Assembly: GCA_023412845.1 (NCBI GenBank)
Contig: JAEZRH010000172.1
Span: 7,051 to 71,050 of the forward strand
Reading direction: 5' to 3'
Source of the DNA: Bacillota bacterium
Lineage (GTDB): Bacteria; Bacillota; Clostridia; Oscillospirales; Acutalibacteraceae
Length of the DNA stretch: 64,000 bases
Under the pieces are notes generated by a model. The model was not told the DNA's origin. It saw only the letters and a program-made list of their open reading frames with translations, and searched no databases. The position numbers and the translations under genes are program-made. Position 1 is the first letter of the stretch, and every line of letters begins with the position of its first letter. Positions 28,378-38,102 of the stretch are shown here, one piece after another.

Positions 28378-28592
28378 GCGGCGTGCTGCCGCGCGCAAAC
28401 CTCGCCGCTGGACGCGGCGGAATGCGGGGGCTTATCTGGCCGGGAGTTTCTATGGACAGCTCCCGACAGGTCGGAAGGGCGCTCCGCGTCGGCGGTTTTT
28501 AGACTCCCGGATAGTTTTTTCGACACTTTATGACTGATTGAACAGTCTTCGATTTCCAATACTATCAGTCATCAATAACAGGAGGCATTTTT

Positions 28593-29045
28593 ATGAAGCG
28601 GTGTCTGATCGTCTACGATTCCTATCATCACGGAAACACAAAAAAGGTCGCGGAGGCAATGGCCGTGGCCTCCGGTGCGGAGCTCTGCCCTGCCGCGGAC
28701 GCCGCGGACAGGGACCTTTCCGCCTACGACGTGGTCGGCTTCGGTTCCGGCATCGCCTACGGCAAGCCGTACGAAGCGCTGCAAAAGGCCGCCGCAAGGC
28801 TCGATCTTGCCGGAAAGACCGTCTTCGTTTTTTCCACGTGCGGCAGCGGCAACACGCACTATAACGATTTCTTTGAAAAAAGGCTGAAAGAAGCGGGAGC
28901 CAGCGTCGCCGGAGGCTTTTCCTGCAGGGGGTTCGATACGGTGGGTCCGTTCAGGCTTGTCGGCGGCATCGCGAAAGGCCATCCGGATGACGCGGATCTC
29001 GCCGCCGCGAAAAAATTCGCCGCGGATATGGTCAGGGAAGGCTGA
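28593..29045 (+). CDS. flavodoxin family protein
   Basis: Y.SYHHGNTKKVA, GFGSGI, FSTCG, FSCRGFD and KGHPD motifs. Confidence 0.9.
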   Translation: MKRCLIVYDSYHHGNTKKVAEAMAVASGAELCPAADAADRDLSAYDVVGFGSGIAYGKPYEALQKAAARLDLAGKTVFVFSTCGSGNTHYNDFFEKRLKEAGASVAGGFSCRGFDTVGPFRLVGGIAKGHPDDADLAAAKKFAADMVREG

Positions 29046-29077
29046 TGCCGAACAGATTCAGCGGGCCGAAAACAATG

Positions 29078-29117
29078 AGATAGGGAGCAGACACGCTGTC
29101 TGCTCCCTATCTTTTTT
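29078..29117 (+). terminator. intrinsic terminator between flavodoxin and asnB
   Basis: AGATAGGGAGCAGAC / GTCTGCTCCCTATCT followed by T run. Confidence 0.85.
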
Positions 29118-29162
29118 AACCGGGGGTTCCAAAAACTCTCCGGGCCGGAAAAAGCCGGAACT

Positions 29163-31067
29163 TCATACGGCTTCACGCCCGGCCGCGGCTGCGGGAACAT
29201 CCCGCACCACGGGCATTTCGCCGGGCGCCCAGGAAACGCCGTTGAAATATACGTCGTACCAGACGAGGAACGCAAAAACGGTCCAGATTTTGCGGCTGTT
29301 GTCGCACCGGCCGCTGTAGTGGTCTTCAAGGATCTGCATCAGGACGTCGGTGTCGAAGAACTGCCGCGCGGTTTTGGACTGGAACGACTCCTTGACGAGA
29401 TTGTAGTATTTTTCTTCGCGCAGCCAGACGCGGATGGGCACCGGGAAGCCCAGCTTCTTTTTCTTCGCCGTGTTTTCGGGCAGGTGGCGCATGGCCGCCT
29501 TGCGCATGGCGAACTTGGTGTTCTCGCTGTTGACCTTCAGCCTGCGCGGGATGCGCGAGGCGACGTCGAACACGCGGCGGTCGAGGAACGGCACGCGCAG
29601 TTCCAGCGAGTTGGCCATGCTCATGCGGTCGGCCTTGAGCAGGATGTCCCCGGCCAGCCACACGTTGATGTCGAGGAACTGCATCTTCGTCACGTCGTCC
29701 AGACCCTGCGCGCGCTCGTAGACCGGCGCGGTCACGAGCTGCGGCGCGGTGCAGGGGATGTCCTGTTTCAGCAGGCGGTGTTTTTCCTCCAGGGTGAACA
29801 TCGAGCAGTTGCCGATGAAGCGTTCCTCCACGGTCTTCGACCCGCGGATCAGGAAGCTCTTGCCACGGAACCGGAACGGCAGCTTCTGCACGATGGCGGC
29901 GACGGCGCGGCGCAGTCCGCGCGGCAGCCTCTGGTAAGCGGCGAGGTCGTCCGGCTCGTGGTAGATATTATACCCGCCGAACAGCTCGTCCGCCCCTTCG
30001 CCGGAAAGCACGACCTTGACGTATTCGCTCGCCATTTTGGAGACAAAATACAGGGCGATGCACGAGGCGTCGGCAAGCGGCTGGTCCAAGTGGTACTGCA
30101 CCTTGCGGATATTCCCCCAGTATTCTTCCGGGGTGATGACGTGGCAATGATGCTCCACGCCCACTTTTTCGGAAAGATCCTTGGCGTAGCCGATCTCGTT
30201 GTATTTCTCGTCGGTACCGAAGCCCACGGTAAAGGTCTTCTGGCCCGCGAAATAGCTTGCCACATAGCTGGAATCCACGCCGCTCGAAAGGAAGCAGCCG
30301 ACCTCCACGTCGCTGATGCGGTGCGCCGCGACGGAATCGTCGAACACGTCCTCGATCTTCTGGACCGCTTCTTCCTCCGTCATGGACTCGTCGGGGTCGA
30401 ACTTCGGCTCCCAGTAGCGGCGCGTCTCGATGCGGCCGTCCCGGTACCACATGCAGTGCGCGGGCGGCAGGCAGTACACGCCCTCGAAGAACGTCTCCGG
30501 CGGGGCGGGATATTCGAACGAAATATAGTTGTTCAGCGCGTTCTTGTTCAGCTTCTTTTCAAAGCCCGGGAAGTCGAGGATGCTCTTGATCTCCGACGCG
30601 TAGACGAAATGGTCTTTCACCATGGTGTAGTGCATCGGTTTGATGCCGAAGAAGTCGCGGGCAAGAAACAGACTTTTTTCCCGCGTGTTCCAGATGGCGA
30701 AAGCGAACATGCCGCGCAGCTTGCCCAGCAGTTCCTCGCCCCATTCCTCGAAGCCGTGGACCAAGACCTCGCTGTCCGTTTTGGTATAAAAATTATGCCC
30801 CTTGGCAAGCAGGATCTCGCGCAGCTGCTGGTAGTTGTAGATTTCCCCGTTGAACATCAGCACCAGGGTTTTGTCTTCGTTGTAGATCGGCTGGTCACCG
30901 GTCTCGGAGAGGTCGATGATGCTGAGGCGCCGGAAACCCATGGCGATGTCGCCGTCGGTATAAACGCCGCAGGAATCCGGCCCGCGGTGAGTGATTTTAT
31001 CCGTCATGGCTTTGATGACCGCGTCACGGTCGATCACTTCGCCTGTAAACCCGCAAAGTCCGCACAT
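29163..31067 (-). CDS. asnB: asparagine synthase (glutamine-hydrolysing) family
   Basis: MCGLCG N-terminal Cys, HRGPD, FNGEIYN, LSSGVDSS, LSGEGADELFGGY and ELRVPFLD motifs. Confidence 0.95.
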   Translation of the reverse strand: MCGLCGFTGEVIDRDAVIKAMTDKITHRGPDSCGVYTDGDIAMGFRRLSIIDLSETGDQPIYNEDKTLVLMFNGEIYNYQQLREILLAKGHNFYTKTDSEVLVHGFEEWGEELLGKLRGMFAFAIWNTREKSLFLARDFFGIKPMHYTMVKDHFVYASEIKSILDFPGFEKKLNKNALNNYISFEYPAPPETFFEGVYCLPPAHCMWYRDGRIETRRYWEPKFDPDESMTEEEAVQKIEDVFDDSVAAHRISDVEVGCFLSSGVDSSYVASYFAGQKTFTVGFGTDEKYNEIGYAKDLSEKVGVEHHCHVITPEEYWGNIRKVQYHLDQPLADASCIALYFVSKMASEYVKVVLSGEGADELFGGYNIYHEPDDLAAYQRLPRGLRRAVAAIVQKLPFRFRGKSFLIRGSKTVEERFIGNCSMFTLEEKHRLLKQDIPCTAPQLVTAPVYERAQGLDDVTKMQFLDINVWLAGDILLKADRMSMANSLELRVPFLDRRVFDVASRIPRRLKVNSENTKFAMRKAAMRHLPENTAKKKKLGFPVPIRVWLREEKYYNLVKESFQSKTARQFFDTDVLMQILEDHYSGRCDNSRKIWTVFAFLVWYDVYFNGVSWAPGEMPVVRDVPAAAAGREAV

Positions 31068-31115
31068 ACTGCAATTCCTCTTTCCTCATTTATGCCGTTG
31101 TTCTAAGGCCCGTTC

Positions 31116-31775
31116 CTATTCCGTTTCGCCCTCGCCCCGGTATTCTTCCAGAAGGCTCCGGGCGGTCAGGGAGTCCACCGGCAGAAAACTGTTTTCATCC
31201 GGCGCAGGGGCGCTGCGCACGATCTCAAGCGATTTGCGGTAGGCTTCCATGCGCGTAGAGCGCACGACCGGTTCTTTTTCACCCTCCGGAAAAAAGGTGA
31301 ACCGGATCTCTTCTTCGTCGGTGGAGTAAAAATACCCGCGCACGGCTTTTTTCCCGTATTTTTTCTCAAGCACTCCGGCAAGGGCGTACTTGACCAGCTC
31401 CACCGCAAAATCGTCGAGGCCGGCTTCGAAAATCAGGATTTTTTCCTTCATTTCCGCGGGCGTCGACACCACGCGTTTTTTTACCCCCGCCAGCTGCGGG
31501 AACTTTTCGCCCACGTCCACGGGCCGGAATTCCCCGCTGCTCCCGTTCGGGACAAGATAGACCATGAACTTTTTTTCTCTGTCGTGGTACAGGCAGGGGT
31601 AGACGAACTGCGCGCGGTACCCGCACTCCGGGCACTGCCAGTCGAACATGCTCTCTTCCAGCAGGCTTTCGCGCAGGCCGGGGTTGCCCTGGGCGCAGAC
31701 GCCTGGCCACATCTGCGTGTGCACGGCGGCTCCGCAGCCCGGGCAGCCGACGTCCCTGTTGATTTGCGTTGGCAT
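31116..31775 (-). CDS. CpXC domain protein
   Basis: CPGCG and CPECG motifs, YPCLYHD...FMVY, EKILIFEAGLDD. Confidence 0.8.
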   Translation of the reverse strand: MPTQINRDVGCPGCGAAVHTQMWPGVCAQGNPGLRESLLEESMFDWQCPECGYRAQFVYPCLYHDREKKFMVYLVPNGSSGEFRPVDVGEKFPQLAGVKKRVVSTPAEMKEKILIFEAGLDDFAVELVKYALAGVLEKKYGKKAVRGYFYSTDEEEIRFTFFPEGEKEPVVRSTRMEAYRKSLEIVRSAPAPDENSFLPVDSLTARSLLEEYRGEGETE

Positions 31776-31875
31776 ATTGAAAGTCTTCTCCTTAAAAAGC
31801 CTCCGCCTGGCGGTCGGTAAATCCACCCGCCCGAAACGGCCGCTTCTCGGTCTTTTTATTGTCTGCGTATTTGTC

Positions 31876-32000
31876 AGAGCCTATCCATAAAAAGGGGATG
31901 CAAAGCGCGGGGATCCCCGTCGTGCTCCGGCCGGCGGCAACGCGGGATTCCAATAAAACCGGCCGGCGGATTTGCGGTTCTCACTTTATGGATAGGCTCT
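31876..32000. mobile_element. MITE-like element with 16-bp terminal inverted repeats
   Basis: AGAGCCTATCCATAAA (31876-31891) / TTTATGGATAGGCTCT (31985-32000), perfect IR around 93 non-coding bp; no clear target duplication. Confidence 0.5.
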
Positions 32001-32128
32001 AATTATATCACGGCAACATAAAAAATGGAATAGCATGAAATACTACTGTTAATTTGAGGCAAACTGCGATATAATATTGCAGTAACATTGGAAACAACGA
32101 CCGCGTCCGCGGCAGGAGGCATCTGAAT

Positions 32129-32617
32129 ATGGACTTTTTTAGAAGCGCAGCCGGCACCGTATCCAAGGCAGTCAATTACATGATGGACAAAAACCGCAAG
32201 ACCGCCATCATCAACCGGCTCAATATCGTTATCCGCAACGAGAGGGATAACCAGACCCGTGCGTACATTGCCCTGGGCAAATATTACTACACGCGCCTGC
32301 GCGACCCGGAGAACGAGGTCACCGAACCGCTCTGCGAAGAAGCGGAGACCGCCGGCCGCCGCCTGCAGCGCGCCTACGCTAAACTGGACGATCTGACCGT
32401 TCCGCAGGTAAAGAACAGCGTCGCCCCGCGGGAGGACGACGATTACGAAGATTTCTCCGACGACGGCCCCGCCTGCGAGGAAGCGGCGGAAGACGAGGCG
32501 GAGGGTCCTTCCGGCGGCCGCGAGGAGGACGAGGAATTTCTCCGCCCTTTTACCGTGGTGCCGAACGACGCGCCGCCCGCCGACGGTACCGGAGACGACG
32601 GGGAAGACGAAACCTGA
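32129..32617 (+). CDS. hypothetical protein with helical N-terminus and acidic C-terminal tail
   Basis: RBS AGGAGG; AYIALGKYYY motif; D/E-rich tail. Confidence 0.8.
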   Translation: MDFFRSAAGTVSKAVNYMMDKNRKTAIINRLNIVIRNERDNQTRAYIALGKYYYTRLRDPENEVTEPLCEEAETAGRRLQRAYAKLDDLTVPQVKNSVAPREDDDYEDFSDDGPACEEAAEDEAEGPSGGREEDEEFLRPFTVVPNDAPPADGTGDDGEDET

Positions 32618-33096
32618 CGAAGCGGCGTGCCGCCGCCGTCAAGCCGCGCCGCAGGGCACGGCCAAGGAATGAAGCCCGGTTGGGCGGGAGAGCCTAAGGA
32701 ACCGCTCCCGCAGATAAAAATGGTTCAGCCCGGCGGGGGAGCGATAGAAAACTCCCGCCGTAAAAGTTCCATAAAAAAGCGATGAAATAAGCGTGCCCGT
32801 TTCGAAGGGTGTGCTTATTTTTCGGTTTATACCGGCACAACCGGCCTCGGCCGGGCAGCGTAAACGCTGCCTCAGCGGCCTGCCGTTCAGCTCGGAGGAA
32901 CTAAACAGCTTGATTCTTGGCGGGACGGTCCCAAATCTGCTCCCGCAGGATCAAAGATAATTCCAATCGAGAGCGTGCCCGGGGTGAGAAATGAAGCCGT
33001 AGGCGCGAACGATGCTTTGCATCCGAAAAAGGCACTTTGTGCCTGCGAGCGGCGCCGGGTGCCCGACAAAAATCTGGATGCGGGGACGTCTGCGTT

Positions 33097-34491
33097 ATGA
33101 TCAAGGAAAATCAAAGGATTCTGAACGGCCTGTTCGCCGTGTGGGACGCGTGTGTGTGCGTGCTTTCGATGGCGCTGGCTTTCTTTCTCCACTTCTTCCA
33201 TTACGGCGGCCAGTTCTACATCGGCATCGACTACTACATGCATCTGATGCTTTTCATCGTGCCAGCCTATTTCCTTTTCTACCATTATTTCGGCCTGCAC
33301 GATTCCTTCCGGCACGGCACCCTGATCGCGGAAGTCGGAAAGGTGTTCCAGTCCAACGCCATCGGCGTCGTGTTCGTGTTCGTCCTCGTCTTTTTCCTCA
33401 AGGAAGTCCACGTCTCCAGAATGGTGATCTTCCTGTTCGGCCTGGTCAACTTCGCGTTCGGCTCGCTCAACCGGGCCGTGCTGCGGAAGCTGCTGCGCCG
33501 GATGCGCGCGTCCGGCTACAATATCAAACACCTGCTGCTTGTCGGCTGGAACGATGTCTCTGCCGAGTTCTTCGACCGCGTCACGGCCAACCGCTCGCTC
33601 GGCTACGACTTCTCGGGCTACCTCAGCCACAGCAAGATCAGCACCTCCGGGCGGAAAATCGCATATGCGGGCGGCTTCGGCACGCTGCCGTACCTTCTGG
33701 AGCGCGGCGACATCGACGAAGTCGTCATTTCGCTCGATTACGCCGAATTTTCGGAACTCGGCGGCATCATCGACACCTGCGAGAAGGCGGGCGTCAAGTC
33801 GAATCTGCTGCCGTTCTACACGAAATATCTTCCCACCCGCCCCTTTATCGACGAGGTGGAGGGCATGCCGCTCATCAATATCCGCCGCATCCCGCTTGAC
33901 AACATGCTCAACAGCTTTTCGAAGCGCCTGCTCGACATTGCCGTTTCCGCCGTCATGCTGCTCGTGCTTTCTCCGCTGATGCTGGCTGCCGCCGTCGGAG
34001 TCAGGCTTTCCTCCCCCGGCCCGGTCTTCTACAGTCAGGAGCGCATGGGAAGGAACAAGCGGATTTTCAGGATGTACAAGTTCCGCTCCATGCGCGTGCA
34101 GGCAGGCGACGCGACCACCTGGGGCACGAAGGACGACGGCCGCCGCACGAAATTCGGCGCGTTTCTCCGCAAATACAGCATCGACGAGCTGCCGCAGCTT
34201 TTCAACGTGCTCAGGGGCGACATGAGTCTCGTCGGCCCCCGCCCGGAGCGGCCCTATTTTGTGGACAGGTTCCGCGAGGAGATTCCTCTCTACATGCTCA
34301 AGCACCTTGTACGCCCCGGCATCACGGGATGGGCGCAGGTCAACGGCTGGCGCGGCGACACCTCCATCGAGGAACGCATCAAATGCGATATCTATTACAT
34401 AGAGAACTGGACGTTTCTTCTCGACATCAAGATTCTGCTTCTCACCGTGCTGAAGGGGTTCGTGAACAAAAGCGAAGATCTTCCCGGCTGA
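33097..34491 (+). CDS. undecaprenyl-phosphate glucose phosphotransferase (WcaJ/CpsE-like priming glycosyltransferase)
   Basis: N-terminal TMs; KRLLDI, F.MYKFRSM, SIDELPQLFNVLRGDMSLVGPRPE and PGITGWAQVNG motifs. Confidence 0.93.
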   Translation: MIKENQRILNGLFAVWDACVCVLSMALAFFLHFFHYGGQFYIGIDYYMHLMLFIVPAYFLFYHYFGLHDSFRHGTLIAEVGKVFQSNAIGVVFVFVLVFFLKEVHVSRMVIFLFGLVNFAFGSLNRAVLRKLLRRMRASGYNIKHLLLVGWNDVSAEFFDRVTANRSLGYDFSGYLSHSKISTSGRKIAYAGGFGTLPYLLERGDIDEVVISLDYAEFSELGGIIDTCEKAGVKSNLLPFYTKYLPTRPFIDEVEGMPLINIRRIPLDNMLNSFSKRLLDIAVSAVMLLVLSPLMLAAAVGVRLSSPGPVFYSQERMGRNKRIFRMYKFRSMRVQAGDATTWGTKDDGRRTKFGAFLRKYSIDELPQLFNVLRGDMSLVGPRPERPYFVDRFREEIPLYMLKHLVRPGITGWAQVNGWRGDTSIEERIKCDIYYIENWTFLLDIKILLLTVLKGFVNKSEDLPG

Positions 34492-34502
34492 AGCGGGAAT
34501 AC

Positions 34503-34551
34503 AAAAAAGCAGGCGGGTATTTTCCGGAAAGGAATGCCCGCCTGCTTTTTG
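34503..34551. terminator. bidirectional terminator
   Basis: AAAAAAGCAGGCGGGTATT / AATGCCCGCCTGCTTTTT between convergent genes. Confidence 0.85.
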
Positions 34552-34553
34552 AT

Positions 34554-35552
34554 TTATTTATTTTTGCTGATGAAGTTCCAGCTGTCGCGGCACATGTCGT
34601 CCAGCGAATATTTTGCTTCCCACCCGAGTTCGTTTTTCGCGCGGGAGCAGTCCGCGTAGCAGGTCGCGATGTCGCCGGGGCGTCGGGCCTCGATTTTGTA
34701 AGGGATCTTCACGCCGCTCGCGCGCTCGAACGCGTGCACGACGTCCAGCACGGAGCTGCCCCTACCCGTTCCCAGATTGATGGCGCGGGCGCCGTCGATT
34801 TTATCGATGGCCTCAAGCGCCTTGACATGCCCGGACGCGAGGTCGCAGACGTGGATATAGTCGCGCACGCCGGTCCCGTCGGGCGTGGGGTAGTCGTCGC
34901 CGTAAACATGAAGGAAGGGCAGCTTGCCGACGGCTACTTTCGTGATATACGGCATCAGGTTGTTCGGGATGCCGTTGGGGTTCTCGCCGATCAGGCCGCT
35001 CTCGTGGGCGCCGATGGGGTTGAAGTAGCGGAGCAGCGCGACCTTCCAGTCCTTTTCGGCGAAGCAGACGTCCGTCAGGATCCGCTCGATGAACAGTTTC
35101 GTCGTGCCGTAGGGGTTCGTGGTGGAAAGCGGCATGTCCTCGGTGAACGGCGCGGTGTTGTGCATGCCGTACACCGTGGCCGAGGAGCTGAATACCAGGC
35201 GCTTCACGCCGTACCGCTTCATCAGGCGCAGCAGGTTGACGGTGCCCGTGAGGTTGTTGTGGTAATACTCAAGCGGCTTCGAGACGGATTCGCCCACCGC
35301 CTTAAGGCCCGCGAAATGGATGACCGCGTCGATTTTGTTTTCCTTGAAAATCTTTTCAAAGCCCTCCAAGTCGAGCATATCGCAGTCGTAAACCGGGAAT
35401 TTTTTGCCGGCGATGGCCTCGATCTTACCGACGACCTCCGGCGACGAATTGCTGTAATTGTCCATCACGACGATGTCATAGCCGTTCCGCAGAAGCTCGA
35501 CGGCCGTATGCGAACCGATATAACCGGCTCCGCCGGTGATCAGAACATTCAT
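34554..35552 (-). CDS. galE: UDP-glucose 4-epimerase
   Basis: TGGAGYIGSH, HFAGLKAVGES, FSSSATVYG, YGTTK and LRYFNP motifs. Confidence 0.97.
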   Translation of the reverse strand: MNVLITGGAGYIGSHTAVELLRNGYDIVVMDNYSNSSPEVVGKIEAIAGKKFPVYDCDMLDLEGFEKIFKENKIDAVIHFAGLKAVGESVSKPLEYYHNNLTGTVNLLRLMKRYGVKRLVFSSSATVYGMHNTAPFTEDMPLSTTNPYGTTKLFIERILTDVCFAEKDWKVALLRYFNPIGAHESGLIGENPNGIPNNLMPYITKVAVGKLPFLHVYGDDYPTPDGTGVRDYIHVCDLASGHVKALEAIDKIDGARAINLGTGRGSSVLDVVHAFERASGVKIPYKIEARRPGDIATCYADCSRAKNELGWEAKYSLDDMCRDSWNFISKNK

Positions 35553-36529
35553 TTTCCGTTCTCCTTTCCGTCAAGAAAGCGTTTGTACGCCTGGCGCAGC
35601 TCTTCCGCCGTGTCTTCCGGGCAGGTAGGGTTGCAGGCGGCCCAGGCCCCCGTCTCGCTGGAGGCGTTGAACTTCTGCTTCTGTGCGCTGCGCATGGGCG
35701 GGTAAAACTCGATGTGGAAGTGGAAATCCTTCGAATAGTCGCCGCTGTTGACCGGCGCGTTGTGCATGCACATCATATACGGGAACCGGTACCCGAACAG
35801 GCTGTCGAGCATGCCCGCGGTGTCCCGCACGGTCACGCCGAGGGCGTCCCGCTCCGCGCCGGTGAAATCCGTCAGGTACTGTTTGTGCGCGTTGGACTGG
35901 ATGTATACGCCGTAGGGATATGCGGAGAAAAACGGCAGGAACACGGTGAAGTACTCGTTCCGGAAGATGATGCGGCTCTTCGCCTGCTCCTCGTTCGCAA
36001 GAAAATCGCACCAAAGGCAGCGGCCGTTCTTTTTATAATACTCCTTTGCGGACTGTGCTTCAAGCTCGAGTTTTTTCGGCAGGAACGGATAGGCGTAGAT
36101 CTGCCCGTGCGGGTGCGGCATGGTGACGCCGACGACCTCGCCGCGGTTCTCAAAGACGAACACATATTTGACCTTCGGGTTGGCGCTGAGGGCGGCGAAC
36201 CGCTCGCACCAGAGGTCGACGAGCTTGCGCATGTGCGCGTCGGAAAGCTGCGGCACCGTAACCGTGTGTTCCGGCGAATACAGCACGACTTCGCATTTTC
36301 CGTAGCAGGGCGCCGTTTTGAAGAAGTCCGTGCCGACGGGGTCCGGCTCCGGCGGATCCTTCCGCAGCGCCGGAAAATCGTTGTCATACTTCATGACCTC
36401 GTAGTCCGGCACGTTGCCGAACGACGGGCAGAAGGGGCACCAGTCCTTCGGCATCTGCGGGCGGTTCTGGCGGTTCGACGCCACCATCGTCCAGTCGCGG
36501 AGAAAAGGGTCCCATCTCAGTTCAGCCAT
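35549..36529 (-). CDS. galT: galactose-1-phosphate uridylyltransferase
   Basis: CPFCP, NDFPAL, FENRG and HPHGQ catalytic motif. Confidence 0.95.
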   Translation of the reverse strand: MAELRWDPFLRDWTMVASNRQNRPQMPKDWCPFCPSFGNVPDYEVMKYDNDFPALRKDPPEPDPVGTDFFKTAPCYGKCEVVLYSPEHTVTVPQLSDAHMRKLVDLWCERFAALSANPKVKYVFVFENRGEVVGVTMPHPHGQIYAYPFLPKKLELEAQSAKEYYKKNGRCLWCDFLANEEQAKSRIIFRNEYFTVFLPFFSAYPYGVYIQSNAHKQYLTDFTGAERDALGVTVRDTAGMLDSLFGYRFPYMMCMHNAPVNSGDYSKDFHFHIEFYPPMRSAQKQKFNASSETGAWAACNPTCPEDTAEELRQAYKRFLDGKENGK

Positions 36530-36545
36530 TTTAAAGATCTCCTGT

Positions 36546-37832
36546 TCATAAGATTCGGATTCCGCCCACGGGCCTTACGGAAAGGGGCAGACAGCTGTTT
36601 TCGCCGAAAACGGCCTCCATGCGCTCTTTGAATTCCGGCAGGAACCCTTCGGGCACATAGGTCTGCACCGTCCCGGCAAAGCCGCCGCCGTGGACGCGCC
36701 ACGCGCCGCCCCGGGGAGCGAGCAGGCGCTCGCACAGGGCAAGCGCCACGGCGACGCCCTGCTCCGAAACGTGCGAAGGCGAAAATACATTCTGCAGGTA
36801 CTCGAACGAAGAGCGCCCGCTTTCAATGACAAGGCTCTTGAATTGCTCAAAATTCCCCGCTTTCAGCGCTTCGGCCTCGCGCAGCACGCGGGCGTTGTCG
36901 CCGAAGTAATGGACGGCCCGCAGCACGGCGCGGTCACCCGCCGTGGCGCGCACCTTCGGGATGGCCGCAAAGAACTCATCTTCGTCCACCTGCGAGAGGA
37001 CTTCTTTGCCGAACACGCCGGCCGCGGCCCTCATCTCGGCGGGGACGGCCGCATAGTCCGGGGTCAGGGCGGCGTGATTGCCCTTTGTGTCGATCATGCA
37101 GAGACGGTAGCCGCACGCCGCGAAATCAAACGGGATCTTCTCCGCCTTCGGGTCGGCGGAGTCACGGAAATCCAGCATGGCGAAGCCGCCGATCGCGCAG
37201 GCCGCCTGGTCCATCAGGCCGCACGGCTTGCCGAAATAGTCGTTTTCCGCACGCTGGCCGATCTGCGCGACCGCAAGGGGCGGCACGCTCCCCTCACAGA
37301 ACAGCCCGCTCAGGACCGTGCCGATGAGCACTTCGAACGCCGCGGACGACGACAGGCCGGAGCCCGGCAGCACCTGCGACGTCGTGTACGCGCAGAACCC
37401 GCCGGTGCGGTACCCCCGCCGGACGAGGTCCGCGCAGATGCCGCGCAGCAGCGCTTTGGACGTATTCTTCTCCTCCGGGTGGACGGAGAGATCGCCGATG
37501 TTGAGCGCATCCTCGGGGAAGCCCTGCGAGCGCACCCGCACCTCGCCGTTTTCAAGCGGCGAGGCTACGGCGACGGCATCCAGATTCACGCCGGCGGCGA
37601 GCACCCGCCCGCCCTGGTGGTCGGTATGGTTGCCGCCGATCTCCGTGCGGCCCGGCGCGCTGAAGACCGTCACGTCCCGGTCCGCGCCGTACAGCCGCCC
37701 AAATTCTTCGATCGCGCGGGCGATCCGTTCCCCGCGTTTTTCCGCTTCCTCTTTTCCGCACACGTAGATGCACGAAAGCTCCTCCGTATATTTCCCCTGC
37801 CGGATGAATTTTTTTGCCTGCTCTGGCAGCAT
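36546..37832 (-). CDS. galK: galactokinase
   Basis: APGRTEIGGNHTDH, GSGLSSSAA, CGLMDQ and RVHGGGFAG motifs; ATG at 37832 after GGAGG. Confidence 0.92.
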   Translation of the reverse strand: MLPEQAKKFIRQGKYTEELSCIYVCGKEEAEKRGERIARAIEEFGRLYGADRDVTVFSAPGRTEIGGNHTDHQGGRVLAAGVNLDAVAVASPLENGEVRVRSQGFPEDALNIGDLSVHPEEKNTSKALLRGICADLVRRGYRTGGFCAYTTSQVLPGSGLSSSAAFEVLIGTVLSGLFCEGSVPPLAVAQIGQRAENDYFGKPCGLMDQAACAIGGFAMLDFRDSADPKAEKIPFDFAACGYRLCMIDTKGNHAALTPDYAAVPAEMRAAAGVFGKEVLSQVDEDEFFAAIPKVRATAGDRAVLRAVHYFGDNARVLREAEALKAGNFEQFKSLVIESGRSSFEYLQNVFSPSHVSEQGVAVALALCERLLAPRGGAWRVHGGGFAGTVQTYVPEGFLPEFKERMEAVFGENSCLPLSVRPVGGIRIL

Positions 37833-37886
37833 AGCGACATCCCCTCCCATTTTTTTGCACTGCCGCTGTCTTCTTTTTCCGGTTTT

Positions 37887-37920
37887 ATTGTACCCCTCCC
37901 ACCGTCTTTTCACAAGTGAA
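37887..37920 (-). promoter_or_regulatory. galKTE promoter with an overlapping palindrome
   Basis: TTGTGA-17-TACAAT; TTCAC-AA-GTGAA palindrome (37909-37920) covers the -35. Confidence 0.45.
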
Positions 37921-38102
37921 GATTGTATCAGCGATATGGATATTTGATGTTTTCGCCTTCCCCTCTTATCGCCGGCGAAAATGAATAATACGTATTGCCG
38001 ATGGAAAACATATTCCAAAGAGATTAAGAGCCTGCCCCAAAATCGGAACCGGAATTTCCCCTGTCGGGGAGCGGGCTCAATAAAGAAGGTCTGATCCTAC
38101 AA

